From Squalus acanthias (taxonomy: Eukaryota), in contig CM059432.1 of the NCBI GenBank assembly GCA_030390025.1, forward strand, positions 141,238,001-141,302,000: a stretch of DNA of 64,000 nucleotides, written 5' to 3'. The notes under the pieces are model-generated. The model made no database searches. It was not told where the DNA came from and saw only the letters and a list, made by a program, of their open reading frames with translations. Shown here piece by piece: positions 49,072 through 60,977 of the stretch. A program made the translations under genes and the position numbers. Each line of letters opens with the position of its first letter. Position 1 is the stretch's first letter.

Positions 49072-49848
49072 CTACACCAAACAAAGCAAATTGGAAATCA
49101 GGGCTTTGGGTAATTATCTGATAATATGTGCACTTTTAGATCATTCATTTCTTAATTCATTTTTTTTTTACATAATTTAACAAATAACCATAAGATGCAA
49201 TTTATGTATCACCAGAATAATTCTCGTCTCACAGATTTTAATGATTCTAGTCTTAGATGTTTACCAAAAAAAAAAGACGTCACAATCCTCGGGCCTGGCG
49301 TTTCCGTTCGGTTGCGCTGGTTTCTTCGGCGCAATTCGCCCAAAAAAGTGCAAGAGATCGCGAAATTTTAAGCGCAAATTACGTGCAGCACAACTCGGGT
49401 TTCTGCGATCTTTTGCGCTGGTTTAATAAAAAAAAAAAATCGCGCTAGAAACCGGCCCCGCCCACAAAACTGGCCGCACCCCGCCCCCCCCCCCCCAGAT
49501 CGAATTAATCGCCATTGGGAGTTTCCGCGAATTGCGCTCGTGTGCGGGCCTTCGAAGAGGCTCTTAAAACTAAGCTGGTTCTTTTGGGCACAAGGGCCGC
49601 GATTTCGCCATCGGAGGCGGGATCGCGGCAGGAGAGGTCGTTGGCGGGTCCCGGTCTCACTCTGTGAAAAGGATTTGACGTTAATTGGCCTTGTTAAGCC
49701 CGCCCTGCGCATTACCCGGCCCAATTACAAGGTGCGGGTCTGGTGACGTCACCTGATGATGCGTTTGTTACCGGTATATTTACAGGGGCCATGTCCCCAT
49801 TTGCTCTCAATTCTGATTTAATGCTCCTGAGTGCTGGTTCAGGCAACA

Positions 49849-51777
49849 ATGACTGCAGATAGACAAAGGGCTGTGCCACATTTCAATGATGACTCCCTCC
49901 ATGTTCTTGTAGAGGGAGTCAGAGGACGCAGGGAGGTTCTATTCCCTGGGGATGGAAGGAGGAGACCTCCTCAGCAGACGAAGGCAGCCTGGCTGCAAAT
50001 AGCTGAGGAGATCACTGCAAGGTGTGTGTTTGTTTGCACCTGGGTACAATTTAGGAAAGGGTTTAATGATCTCCTGCGTTCAGGAAAAGTGAGTATAAAA
50101 GCACACTTAACTTCATTCTGCTGTGCCTGTCATCACATCCCCATCACTCTGCATTGCCAACCCTACTCCTGCACATCCTTACTCACCCCAACATCCCTTG
50201 CACCATCATCCATCCCTGTCTCCCTATCTAGAGAATCAAATCCCCATCTTACTATGCACCCCTCACACTCACCCTCATCGTTATGCAATGACAACAACGA
50301 ACAACTCAAAAGGAGGCAACTTGGTATTGGCACCCCACTCCATCATAGTCTCCCTCTAAACATCTATCCCATCCATTCTTTACACTCATTCCATCACTCT
50401 CACTCAAACTTCTCTTGTTTCCATCATTGCAGGAAAAGTGAGCCCACAATAAGAGGGAGAGGGAGAGAACAGGAGGAGGACCGCCATCATTGGCTGTGTT
50501 CACCAATGCTGTGGAGGCAGCTCTGGACATAACAGGAGTCGTTGAGCAGCCTGAAGTGGGGGACGGAGAGAGGGGCTCATTAGAACAGCCTGGTGACAAA
50601 ATTATTCTCCATCCATCTTAGTTGGCTTTCATGAGTGACTCATATGGGGTCTGATGTCAAGAGAAATTGAATGCTCATCATGTGCATAATGGGATGTCTC
50701 TGCAATCTACATATCAAATGTCTAACTCGTGTCTTTACTCTCCCACGGGACCATCAAGAGTCCCCGCACCCCACTGTCCAGGAGGAAGAGCAGGAGCACT
50801 CCTCAGAGGATCCTCCAGCCTCTGAGGGAACAGCGTCAGCAGAAATGAGCGCACCCAGCACCAGTGCAGAGACGCACACCTCGGTGGGTCCAATGCGAGA
50901 TAGCGTAGTGTTGTCCCCTGGTGTATCAGAAGTCACAAGTGCACAAGATCAGATGGTGGAGACAGGGACAGCAGTGGAGAGTCCTCGTCGGAGGCCGCTG
51001 GACGCTCCTAGCTCTGCTCAGCTGCATGCAGACGCTGTGCCTCGGGGGCCATCCAGAAAGAGGGCGATCCTGGAGCTTCAGGACCAAGTGCAGGAGGCTC
51101 TGACTGGGTTTGCAACCACGGTGACTGCGAGTGCGCAGAGAATGGAGGAGTCCATGTCAAACATGAGCAACGCCGTGGTGCACACAATGGCGAATGTAGG
51201 TTCTGCCATGGAAAGGATGGCAACCTCCATGGAGGACATAAATCGCCAGACTCAGGAGAACATGGTAACACTTCTAAATAGATGGTCATCTATGGAGGAT
51301 AGATGGGCATCTATTGAGGAGAGAAACCAGAGGTTCATGGACTTCCTTGTTATGAGGAATGTCAGTACAGGCATGGGTCCTCGTGGCCCACACTGATGTG
51401 CAGCAAGGTGCTCTTCATCTACTTGCTAGCAGAGAAGTGCGGGTAGCCCATGAGCGGGATGATGGTGGGAGGGGTCATGGAAGTGGGGGCTCCTCTCCAA
51501 GCGATCAAACTTCCACCCCCTTGCCAACCCCTCGGTCAAAGCCTCAGATGCCTCCCGGGACAGTGATGGCCGAGTCTGCCCCTACACAGCTGCAGAGGAG
51601 CAGACTTTGGCGGAGCTCTCCCAGGCTCTAAAACCCAGAGGACGACCGCCAAAGGCATCTAAGCAGGCGCAGCAGGGAAGTGAGCAGGCTGCCTCTACAT
51701 CAGCTGAAGCCACAGGGGGAGCACCACATAGAAGCATGCGTAAAAGAAAGATCCCACATAAACAGTCACAAGGGTAG
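49849..51777 (+). pseudogene. Harbinger Myb/SANT-like DNA-binding protein, spliced, disrupted
   Basis: Exon 1 (to 50088, gtgagt donor) RAVPHF...LVEGV...LFP...AWLQIA...FNDL; exon 2 from 50433 EK*AHNKRERERTGGGP; downstream frameshifts; C-terminal KPRGRPPK and RKRK. Confidence 0.78.
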
Positions 51778-52044
51778 TCACTTGGGTGATTTGCTATAAA
51801 TGAATGTTAAGTTTCTGTTCTTTTATTTTTTGTTGTAATAAATTAATTTTTTCTGAATGTTTGCATTCGTTGCCATACGTGTGCTCACAATTGCAAGTAG
51901 CAGAGTGAAGGGTGAGGGCGCCTTTTATGTCCAGCAACGGTGGTGACAGTGCAAGGAATGCACAGTTCATTGTAGAGATGCTCTATGGTGTTGAAGTGGG
52001 GTGATGCCAACCTTCATACGCATGTGGCAGCCTGTGGCGCATAA

Positions 52045-53234
52045 AGTTAGGTGAATCTGGCATTGATTAGGTCATCCCTGGCTCACGTTCTAGTCGCATT
52101 GGGACAGCCGCCTCCTCCAGGTGTTCCTCATTCTGCTCCTCCTCCTCTGAAGAGGCTGTGCGCTCTGCGCCTTGTGCCTCCTGCAGCGCTAATCCTCGCT
52201 GCCGTGCTATGTTGTGCAGGGCACAGCAGACAACGACGATTCTCGAGACCCTGGCTGGTGTGTACTGAAGGACTCCACCAGATCTGCCCAGGCATCTGAA
52301 GTGCTTTTTGAGCAACCCTATTGTTTGCTCTATGAGACTTCTGGTGGAAATGTGGCTTTGATTGTAACACTCCTCAGACACGTTTGATGGCCTCCTCGAT
52401 GGTGTCATTAGCCACGTCTTCAGGGGATAGCCCTTGTTTCCAGGGAGCCAGCCGGAAAGTTCGTTTGGCGGTGTGAAGAGCTGAGGGACAGTGGACTGAT
52501 GCAGGATGTAAAAGTCATGGCAGCTGCCAGGAAACTTGGCACACACATGCGTGATGCTCTTCCTGTGGTTGCACACCAACTGCACGTTAAGGGAGTGAAA
52601 GCCCTTGCGGTTGACAAATACTACTGGGTTCTGATGGGGTGCCCTGATGGCCACATGTGTGCAGTCGATGACACCCTGCACCCATGGGAAGCCAGCCAGA
52701 TTGACAAAGCCGAGCGCCTGCTCGATAACAGTGGCTTCATCAGTGCAAAAGTGGATGTAATTGGCGGACTTGTCAAAGAGGGCATCGGAGACCTGCGTGA
52801 TGCATCTGTGGGCGACCAACTGGGAGATGCCGCTGATGTCTGCTGCTGATCTCTGGAAGGACCCTGATGCAAAGAAGTTGAGGGCGGTGGTGACTTTGAC
52901 AGCCACTGATAAGGTGTGTCCACCTGCTCCTCTGGGCTGCAGGTCTTGATCGAGCATTGTGCAAATGTCGCGATAGTCTCAGCCTCCTTTGGCACTGCTG
53001 CTCACTCGTGTTGAGGAAGCTCATCCTCTGCCTGTAAACCCTGTGTTGGGGGTATCTCCTGCAGCGCGGTGCAGCCCTGCGCTGACACCCTCTGCCCTGT
53101 GCAGCATCAGGTGGCTGAGGAGAAGGTTGGCGCTCTTGTTGTTGGTGCTGCTGGTGTGCCTGGTTCTGCTGCTGCTGCGGCTGATCATGGTCAGATTCTG
53201 AGGACCAGGGTGAGAGAGTATAAAGCGTTCCCAT
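52045..53234 (-). pseudogene. Harbinger (HARBI1-like, DDE_Tnp_4) transposase, disrupted
   Basis: [44 protein letters not shown] (expected GDKGY), [12 protein letters not shown]; frameshift near 52970. Confidence 0.9.
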
Positions 53235-53326
53235 TCTGCTGTTATATATGGCAGGTGAGGATGAGATGTTAGAAGCAATCTGTCAATGGGGAGAGCGGTT
53301 ATTCCAAGGAGGTGACAGTGGATCTA

Positions 53327-54056
53327 CGGGGAAAAATTGAGTCGCGCCCCCTTTGGGGCGCTAACTTCGCCGGAGCGTTACTTTTAGCACCCCGCAAAAA
53401 TTAGTGCCCCCGCAGCCGAAACTGAATGATAGCACCCCAAGAGGGAAGCGGGGCGCTACTGGAAGCGCCCCGCCTCCCTCTTGGGGCGCTGCGAGGGAAT
53501 ATTGCGGCGCTACGTGTCGCAGTACTGCAGGCCTTCCTCCCCTTCTTAAAGGGGAGGGGCCTAGCGCAGCGCGTCCCGGGGCCCAGCTGGGCCACCAGGG
53601 ATCGGAGAGCCGGCAAAAGAGCCCGGCACTCAAGAGAAGTGCCGGGCTCAAGGAGCGTAGCCGGCACTCCGCAGGGGGGCTGCAGAGGAGGCCGGGGACG
53701 GCAACGGGGGCAGGTGCTGGCACGCGGCCAGCAACAAAAATGGCCGCCCGGCACCTCGCCTTTAATTTGCGCCGCCCCGGCCGCAGGTAGGCCCCCCTGA
53801 CCCCGTCGGACATAGCGTCCGGCGGTAAGTCAGGGGGCGCTACCGAAGATCGCGGCCGGAGCGTGAGCGGGGCGCTGCGCACGGCGATGATGTCATCGGC
53901 GGCGGCGCAGAACCGTGGGGCACTAACGGTTACCGCTGCCACTAACTTCCTGCTGAATTTCACGGGAGGCGCTGGCGGCGCCGCGCCCGGGCGCTAGTTG
54001 TTTTGCGCCTGGGCGCGGCGCTAACGGGAGGCGCAAAGCAAACGAATTTTTCCCCC
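53327..54056. mobile_element. GC-rich Harbinger-type MITE nested upstream of the transposase
   Basis: Inverted relative of 22569-23191; TIR cggggaaaaatt / aatttttccccc; flanks cta/ata. Confidence 0.82.
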
Positions 54057-54683
54057 ATAGAGTTTACACCACAAACTTACAGCCTCAATAAAGATCAAAT
54101 GTGTCTTCCAAATCCTGAAATCAGCAACTTCTGACATTGGAAAGTGAACAGATGTGAAATGTTAGCTTTTATGCTACATTTGCAGCTGTGAACTATTCAG
54201 CTCGATTGAACTCCCGACCTACTTACCTGGAGTGATCTCCGAACGACGTGAACCTCGTTAAAAATGTGGTAAAATAGAAATAGGCTGGCAAAATGGTAGT
54301 TATTTTTTTGTGATAAATCTATTTTCTGCTGTATTGATCAAACCGCACCAGGTTAACACTCATAAATATATCAAGGAATTTTTTTTAAAGCAAATTAAAA
54401 AAAATAAAAATTACACTCTGAAAGGCTGCCTGATTGTGCTGGTTCTGGTTCATGGGAGATTCGATACGCAAATGAGTTTGAGCAGTAACCTGAGCAAAAA
54501 AAAACACTTCTTAAAACTGGCGCACTTTGCGCCCAGATCACTGATTGCGCCCAAAGAAGAAACTCTTGCCCTTGGAGTCCCTTCTACAAAAAAAAATCTA
54601 CAATTAATACACTAGTTATTATTTCAAACCCCTTTCCAAAATCTAGTGTGGAGGAATCCCATAGATCCAAAGCCATGGATGGT

Positions 54684-55259
54684 ATACTGTATTCGCTGCT
54701 CACGATGTGGTCTCCTCTACATTGGGGGGAGACCAAACGCAGATTGGGTGACCGCTTTGCGGAACACCTCCGTTCAGTCTGTAAGGGTGACCCCGAGCTT
54801 CCGGTCGCCTGTCACTTTAATTCTCCGCTCCACTCCCACTCTGACCTCTCTGTCCTCGGCCTCTTACACCGTTCCAATGAAGCTCAACGTAAGCTCGAGG
54901 AACAGCACCTCATCTTTCGATTAGGCACTTTACAGCCTTCTGGACTCAACATTGAGTTCAACAATTTCAGACTATAACCCCGGCCCCCATTTTTTCAGGC
55001 GGCAGCTGTTGATGATTCTGCCATCCCCGTTTGCAACATTTAATTTCTCCTGCCTTCCATCCTAGCACAGACCGTCCCTTTTGTTCCTTCCTCCCCTTCA
55101 CCCCCCTTTCCCTGCCTCTGCACCTGCTTAAAACTCGTTACATCCCTAACTTTTTCCAGTTCTGATGAAGGGTCCCAGACCTGAAACGTTAACTCTGTTT
55201 CTCTCTCCACGGGATGCTGTCTGGCCTGCTGAGTGTTTCCAGCATTTTCTGTTGTTATT
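54684..55259 (+). mobile_element. 5'-truncated Penelope-like element (GIY-YIG endonuclease end plus 3' repeat)
   Basis: VYCIRCSRCGLLYIG / ETKRRLGDRFAEHLRS...EEQHLIFRLGTLQPSGLN with a frameshift in a G run; 11-bp TSD ccatggatggt (54673-54683, 55260-55270). Confidence 0.9.
55157..55197 (+). ncRNA. Putative minimal hammerhead ribozyme in the PLE 3' repeat
   Basis: AGUU-CUGAUGA-A-GGGUC(CCA)GACCU-GAAA-CGUU-AACU; stem I AGUU/AACU, 5-bp stem II, palindromic stem III. Confidence 0.7.
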
Positions 55260-55491
55260 CCATGGATGGTGACTTTGCTCAGCTCCAGTTATAATGTGTG
55301 ACAGCATTGCATTTTTGTTTAGAGAGCGGAGAAGCGGTTCCTGGAACGGGCCAACACTCTGCAGTCTCGGTTCCTGGTGCTAACCGGGCTCAATAGCCTG
55401 GGCTTTCCACCGCCTCAGTATCACACCTTGAGGAACAACGATGGAGCTCACAGCAGGTTCTGTCTTAGTGTTGTGGCATTCTTCAATCCCG

Positions 55492-56052
55492 ACCACCTCT
55501 CCACCACCCGCCCACCTCTCCACTCGCCCACCACCCCACCACCCGCCCACCTTCCCACCACCTCCCAATCCCGCCCACCTCTCCACCACCCGCCCACCTC
55601 TCCACTCGCCCACCACCCCACCACCCGCCCACCTCCCCACCACCTCCCAATCCCGCCCACCTCTCCACCACCCGCCCACCTCTCCACTCGCCCACCTCTC
55701 CACCACCCGCCCACCTCTCCACTCGCCCACCACCCCACCACCCGCCCACCTCTCCACTCGCCCACCTCTCCACCACCCCACCACCCGCCCACCACCCCAC
55801 CACCCGCCCACCTCTCCACTCGCCCACCACCCCACCACCCGCCCACCTCTCCACCCGCCCACCTCTCCACCCGCCCACCTCTCCTCCACCCGCCCAACTC
55901 TCCACCCGCCCACCTCTCCACCCGCCCACCTCTCCTCCACCCGCCCACCTCTCCTCCACCCGCCCACCTCTCCTCCACCCGCCCACCTCTCCTCCACCCG
56001 CCCACCTCTCCTCCACCCGCCCAACTCTCCACCACCCGTCCACCACCCACCC
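55492..56052 (+). repeat. C-rich degenerate minisatellite (units like CCACCCGCCCACCTCT)
   Basis: Direct inspection; source of the spurious Pro-rich and Gly/Trp-rich ORFs. Confidence 0.92.
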
Positions 56053-57105
56053 ATCCTTCAGTTCGGATCAGTACTTATGGTGCACTCTACCCTACCTGTG
56101 CCCAGGCTTGGGGGGGAGGGGGCGGGGGAGAGTGCAGGGAAAGAAAAATTGGTAACCTCTTCCTCAGCTTGTCTTGCTCAAATTGCACAAGCTCTCTGCA
56201 ACCATCAGAGAGATAGCAATAGGCAGGAAAGACACCCTGACAGGTTAGACCCAAACCACTCTTAAGTTTAATACTCAGGGACCTTGTACCAGGCCCAGTT
56301 TGGCACTGAAGTTTGGCATAGCATAGGCCCCTGTTTGTTATTTTGCTATCTTGCTGAAACGGATAGTTAAATCTGCAGTTACTGTAAATCTACAGCGTGT
56401 TATTGCTACACTTCTCACTTATCCATTTACTGTTTTAACATGTCTGTTTAGCACTTTATAGCCTCAACTACAGTCTGCAGTCGAGATAGCTCACAGGAGG
56501 GCATGTGTCTGTTCCAGTAAGTCGGATACAGTGATGGAACCTGTGGGCTCACTACACAATTACCCAGATATGCGGAAGGAAAGACACATTCTGGTTCGTA
56601 AGCAATGAAGGGTCCGAGAAGCTGAATCTGAGAGAAACATCTCATAAATATAAGACAGTCACTAATAAATCCAATCAGCAATTCAGGAGAAACTTCTTTA
56701 CCCAGAGAGTGGTTAGAATGTAGAACTCGCTACCAGAGGGAGTGGTTGAGGCGAATAGCACAGGTGCATTTAATGAAAAGCTAAATAAGTACATGAGGGA
56801 GAAAGGAATAGAAGGATATGCTGATGGGGTTTGATGAAGTAGGGTGGGAGGAGGCACGTGTGGAGCAGTAACCAGCTGGCAGCATGGACCTGTTTCTGTG
56901 CTGAATATTCTATGTAATAATGTACACAAGGAAAGCATTTTATTAGGTGCAACAATTTAATCTGTCACCAAGGAGGTGACGAGGCGAAGAGGGTATTTAT
57001 ATTAAATAATTGTACATGTTTTATTGAGGTATAAAAATATAAACAGTTTCATTTTAATTAAATTATTGGCCTATAACATCCTTTTTATCGTTAATAGTCA
57101 CGTAC

Positions 57106-57162
57106 CTGCTGTAGTTGGTCGATGAGTTGTTGTTGTGGCTGTTGTCGTGATTATCTGCTGAA
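57106..57162 (-). CDS. COL14A1: COL14A1 small Thr-rich linker exon: (L)QQIITTTATTTTHRPTTA
   Basis: 57 nt, ttacag|TT...G|gtacgt, phase 1-1; not in the ORF track; occupies the position of the Thr-rich inter-FN3 linker of collagen XIV. Confidence 0.82.
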
Positions 57163-57579
57163 CTGTAATTTAAAATTAAAGTTAAAATTAATTCTAAATC
57201 ATACGGCACCACCCTGGATAAACTAATGTATAATATTTATCTTACCTTATACATTAGCACTATACATCTGTTTATAAGAGCTTTGTCTATTAATGTATCT
57301 ACGCTTTTTAATTAGATGAATAGATGCATTTATATTAATTCAGTTAACACACACATCTTGGGCCTCTGACCAACTCTGCTGATGGACCTGAAAATGGGCC
57401 GTAACCAATTTACATAAGAACATAAGACGTAGGAGCAGGAGGAGGTCATGTGGCCCCTCGAGCCTGCTCCGCCATTCAATAAGAGCATGGCTGATCTGAT
57501 CTTGGCCTCAACTCCACTTCCCTGCCCGCTCCCCATAACCCTTGACTTCCAGCCTATCGAGTTATTTTTTTGTATCTCT

Positions 57580-58385
57580 GGCTGCGATTTTCGGCAGGTA
57601 GGCGGGATGGGGGCAGAGGGGGGGGCTCCGAGGCGGTAGGCCGGGTTTCCCGCAGGCCCTGCCGATTTTACCAGCAGGGCCTAATTTGAATCTCAGGCCT
57701 TGGATTCCCGACTGCAGCCAGCCAGCTTGAGAGGCTGACTGGGTGCGGGCAGGTAGGCCTCAGTCAGCGTCGCTGGGCCATGGTCCGGAATCGCCAGAGG
57801 GGGGTGGGGGGGGGTCAGCGATCGAGAGGAGGGGGGGGTCAGCGATCGGGGGGAGGGGGGCTCAGCAATCGAGGGGGTGGGTGGGCCGGCCAGGGATGGG
57901 GGGAGGGGAGCAGAGTATCGTGGCCGGCCTCATCATCATCGGTGGGAGGGGTGGGAGGCCTGAGGCTGGGGGGAGGGGGGGCCTCATGGTGGTGATCGGA
58001 GGCCTCGTGGGGGGGAGGGGGGGTCTCCGATCGCGAGGGGTGGGTATGGTCGGGACCCTGTGTCCAAGAGGTCGGTATAAAGCCACATACTTCCTGGATG
58101 CAGCAGTTCCCGCCATGGTTTAACTGCCGGGCTTCACAACTTGGGTGAAACCCGTCCCCAGGCAGTTAGATTTAAAATGGAGGGGAAAATAGAGGCTTCC
58201 AGCCTCATTACAATTATTTAAATTGATGTTCCGCCCCCTGGGAGCGGGTTGGTTGCGCGCCCCCCATCCCGTCTCCGGGAAAACCGGACGTGGGCGGGTT
58301 GGAGGCGGGAATCCCACCTTTAACAATTTAACTAAACCCACACTCCAAACCCATCTGGTCTTTTTTTAAGAGGAAAATTCCGGCC
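57580..58385. mobile_element. GC-rich non-autonomous DNA element, probably Harbinger-type
   Basis: Ends ggctgcgattttc / gaaaattccggcc followed by taa. Confidence 0.5.
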
Positions 58386-58489
58386 TAAGTTTCCCATCTT
58401 GCTCTACTAAGGGAAGCAAAAGAGCAACAGACAGCCCGAGGACTCTAAACAACACACCTGTGTGGGTCAATCAGGTGGACGTACATGGA

Positions 58490-59097
58490 AAAACCCTCAT
58501 CCGTGCCTTTGTTACCTCTGTACTTCACTATTCCAATGCTCTCCTGGCCGGACTCCCACCTACCGGCCTCTGTAAACTTGAGCTCATCCAAATCTCCGCT
58601 GCCCGTATCTTGACTCGTTCCAAGTCCCGTTCACCCACCACCCCCTGTGCTTGCTGACCTACATTGGCTCCCGGTCCAGCAACGCCTCGATTTTAAAATC
58701 CTTTTGTGTTCAAATCCCTCCGTGGCCTCGCCCCTCCCTATCTCTGAAACCTTCTGCAGCCCCACAACCCACCGAGAACTCTGCGTTAATCCAATTCTGG
58801 CCTCTTGCACATCCCCGATTTTAATCGCTCCACCATTGGCGGCCGTGCCTTCAGCTGCCTGGGCCCCGAGCTCTGGAATTCCCTCCCTAAACCTCTCCGC
58901 CTCTTGACCTCTCTCTCCTCCTTTATGATGCTCCTTAAAACCTACCTCTTTGACCAAGCTTTTGATCATCTGTCTTAATATTTCCCTATGTGGCTCGGTA
59001 TGAAACTTTGTTTGATAATCACTCCTGTGAAGCGCCTTGGGACCTTTGACTATGTTAAAGGCGCTATATAAATGCAGGTTGCTGTTGTTGCTGTTGA
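58490..59097 (+). mobile_element. L2 3' fragment
   Basis: TLIRAFVTS.LHYSNALLAGLP, LADLHWLPVQQRLDFKIL; (ttg)n tail. Confidence 0.82.
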
Positions 59098-59219
59098 CGA
59101 TATGCGATCATCATTTTTGTTTCGGTTTCAGCAGTCAACAGCACAGCCAAAACTGTTACAGATGTTGTTTTCGATGTAAGCAAATTGAGCAGGATACTTC
59201 CACACGCGTGTTATCTTAC

Positions 59220-59352
59220 GTGTAGTCTCCAGAACAGCCACCACGTCGCTTTCCGTCTCATCGCTGTAAATCGCAGAGAGAGAAACCTCGTACTCCGTCC
59301 CAGGCAATAAATCGTCAAGGACCATGGTGTCTGTGTCCCCACTCAAAACAAA
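59220..59352 (-). CDS. COL14A1: COL14A1 exon, FN3 C-half: [44 protein letters not shown]
   Basis: 133 nt, gcag|TTT...C|gtaaga, phase 0-1; typical L.PGTEY.V FN3 motif. Confidence 0.93.
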
Positions 59353-59666
59353 CTGCAAAATAAAAGTTCCCGATGTAAATCAAAGCATTTTCTTCCCACC
59401 TGAAGAGATTTAAAATATATCTAATATACCTCATTAACATGTAAATAAAATAAAACAGGTCTAAGCCTAGATGTTACAGTTGCCATTATTAACAGATGAA
59501 CATTTAGTAGGGACAAAATGGATCGCAGCGCAAGCCCTTAAAGGGACCCACCCGATTTTCCTCTATTTAAGTTAATGAATGAAACTCGTGTCGGCTCCTT
59601 TACAGATATGGGGGGTCATTTTGTCTATTTTACATCTCTCTTCAGATTCTTATTTCTGTTGACTTC

Positions 59667-60240
59667 AACAACAACAACAACTTGCATTTATATAGCGCCT
59701 TTAACATAATAAAATGTCCCAAGACGCTTCACAAGAGCGTTAGCAAACAAAATTTGACTCCAAGCCACATAAGGAGATATTAGGACAGGTGGCCAAAAGC
59801 TGAGTCAAAGAGGTCGGTTTTAAGGAGCGTCTTAAATGAGGAGAGAGAGGTGGAGAGGCGGAGAGGTTTAGGGAGGGAATTCCAGAGCTTAGGGCCCAGG
59901 CAGCTCAAAGCACGGCCACCAATGGTGGAGCGATTAAAATCAGGGATGTTCAAGAGGCCAGAACTGGAGGATCGCAGGGATCTCAAGGGCTGCAGGAGGT
60001 TACAGAGATGGGAGGGGGAGAGGCCATGGAGGGATTTGAAAACCAGGAGGAGAATTTTAAAATCGAGGTGTTGTTTAACTGGAGCCAATGTAGGTCAGCG
60101 AGCACAGGGGGTGAGGGGCGAACGGGACTTGGTGCGAGTTAGGACATGGGCAGCAGAGTTTTAGATGACCTCAAGTTTACAGAGGGTAGAAAGAGGGAGG
60201 CCGGCCTGGAGTGCGTTGGAATAGTCAAGTCTAGAGGTCA
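59667..60240 (-). mobile_element. L2 3' fragment
   Basis: LDFKILLLVFKSLHGL; (caa)n tail on plus strand. Confidence 0.82.
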
Positions 60241-60384
60241 AAGGAAATAAAAATGGGGAAGGATGTAAAACGGGCTCCAGATTCACTGTCACCAAAGTCA
60301 AAATTACCCCCATGTCTGATTTTACCAATATTCACTCTGCCTAGGTGATTCATTGCACCCCAGCACTCCGCTAATGTGTTTAAA

Positions 60385-60977
60385 AACTTGCATTTATATA
60401 GCGCCTTTCAGCACTTCAGGACATCACAAAACGCTTTATAACCAATGAAGTGCTTTTGAAGTGTAGTCCCTGTTGTAATGTTGGAAACGCGGCAGCCAAT
60501 TTGCGCACAGCAAGCTCCCACAATCAATGTTCCCTTTAAGCTGCACGGCTGCGGTCTTAAGGTCCTGCGCAGCCGGCTCACCGGCTATTAAATGGAAAAT
60601 CCGTGCATGCGGGGAATATTGAATGGGCCGCGCAGTTCATTAAAGGGGCCTTGTGGCCCAAAAAAATAATTAGAGGGAGCACTGCCCACAATGCTTTAGA
60701 GATGTTGGTTGAGGGATAAATATTGGCCCAGGACACCGGGGATAACTACCCTGTACTTCTTCAAATAATGCCACAGGATCTTTTACATCCACCCGAGAGG
60801 GCAAACGGGGCCTCGGTTTAATGTCTCAGCTGAAAGACGGCACCTTCCGACAGTGCAGCACTCCCTCAGCACTGCACTGGAGTGTCAGCCTGGATTCTGT
60901 GCTCAAGTCTCTGGAGTGGGACTTGAACCCACAACCTTCTGGCTCAGAGGCAGGAGCGCTACCCACTGAGCCACAGC
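60385..60977 (-). mobile_element. Deu-domain SINE with nested hAT MITE (60525-60684)
   Basis: Perfect 8-bp TSD cccacaat at 60517-60524 and 60685-60692. Confidence 0.83.

Larger units (their letters stand above)
49291..54571. mobile_element. Decayed autonomous-type PIF/Harbinger transposon (convergent Myb/SANT and DDE transposase genes)
   Basis: Both genes recognisable; ends inferred only from weak gggc...gtttc inverted similarity. Confidence 0.8.

Noticed and set aside
52067..52957. Domesticated HARBI1 host gene
   Set aside because: Frameshift, catalytic Asp to Asn change, adjacent disrupted Myb gene and a related deleted copy indicate a decayed transposon.
53361..53963. GC-rich ORFs of 100-200 aa (also 22655-23276)
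   Set aside because: Overlapping ORFs on both strands within a TIR-bounded MITE; no recognisable domain.
55377..56265. Long Pro/His/Thr-rich and Gly/Trp-rich ORFs
   Set aside because: They are open in five frames only because the minisatellite lacks stop codons.
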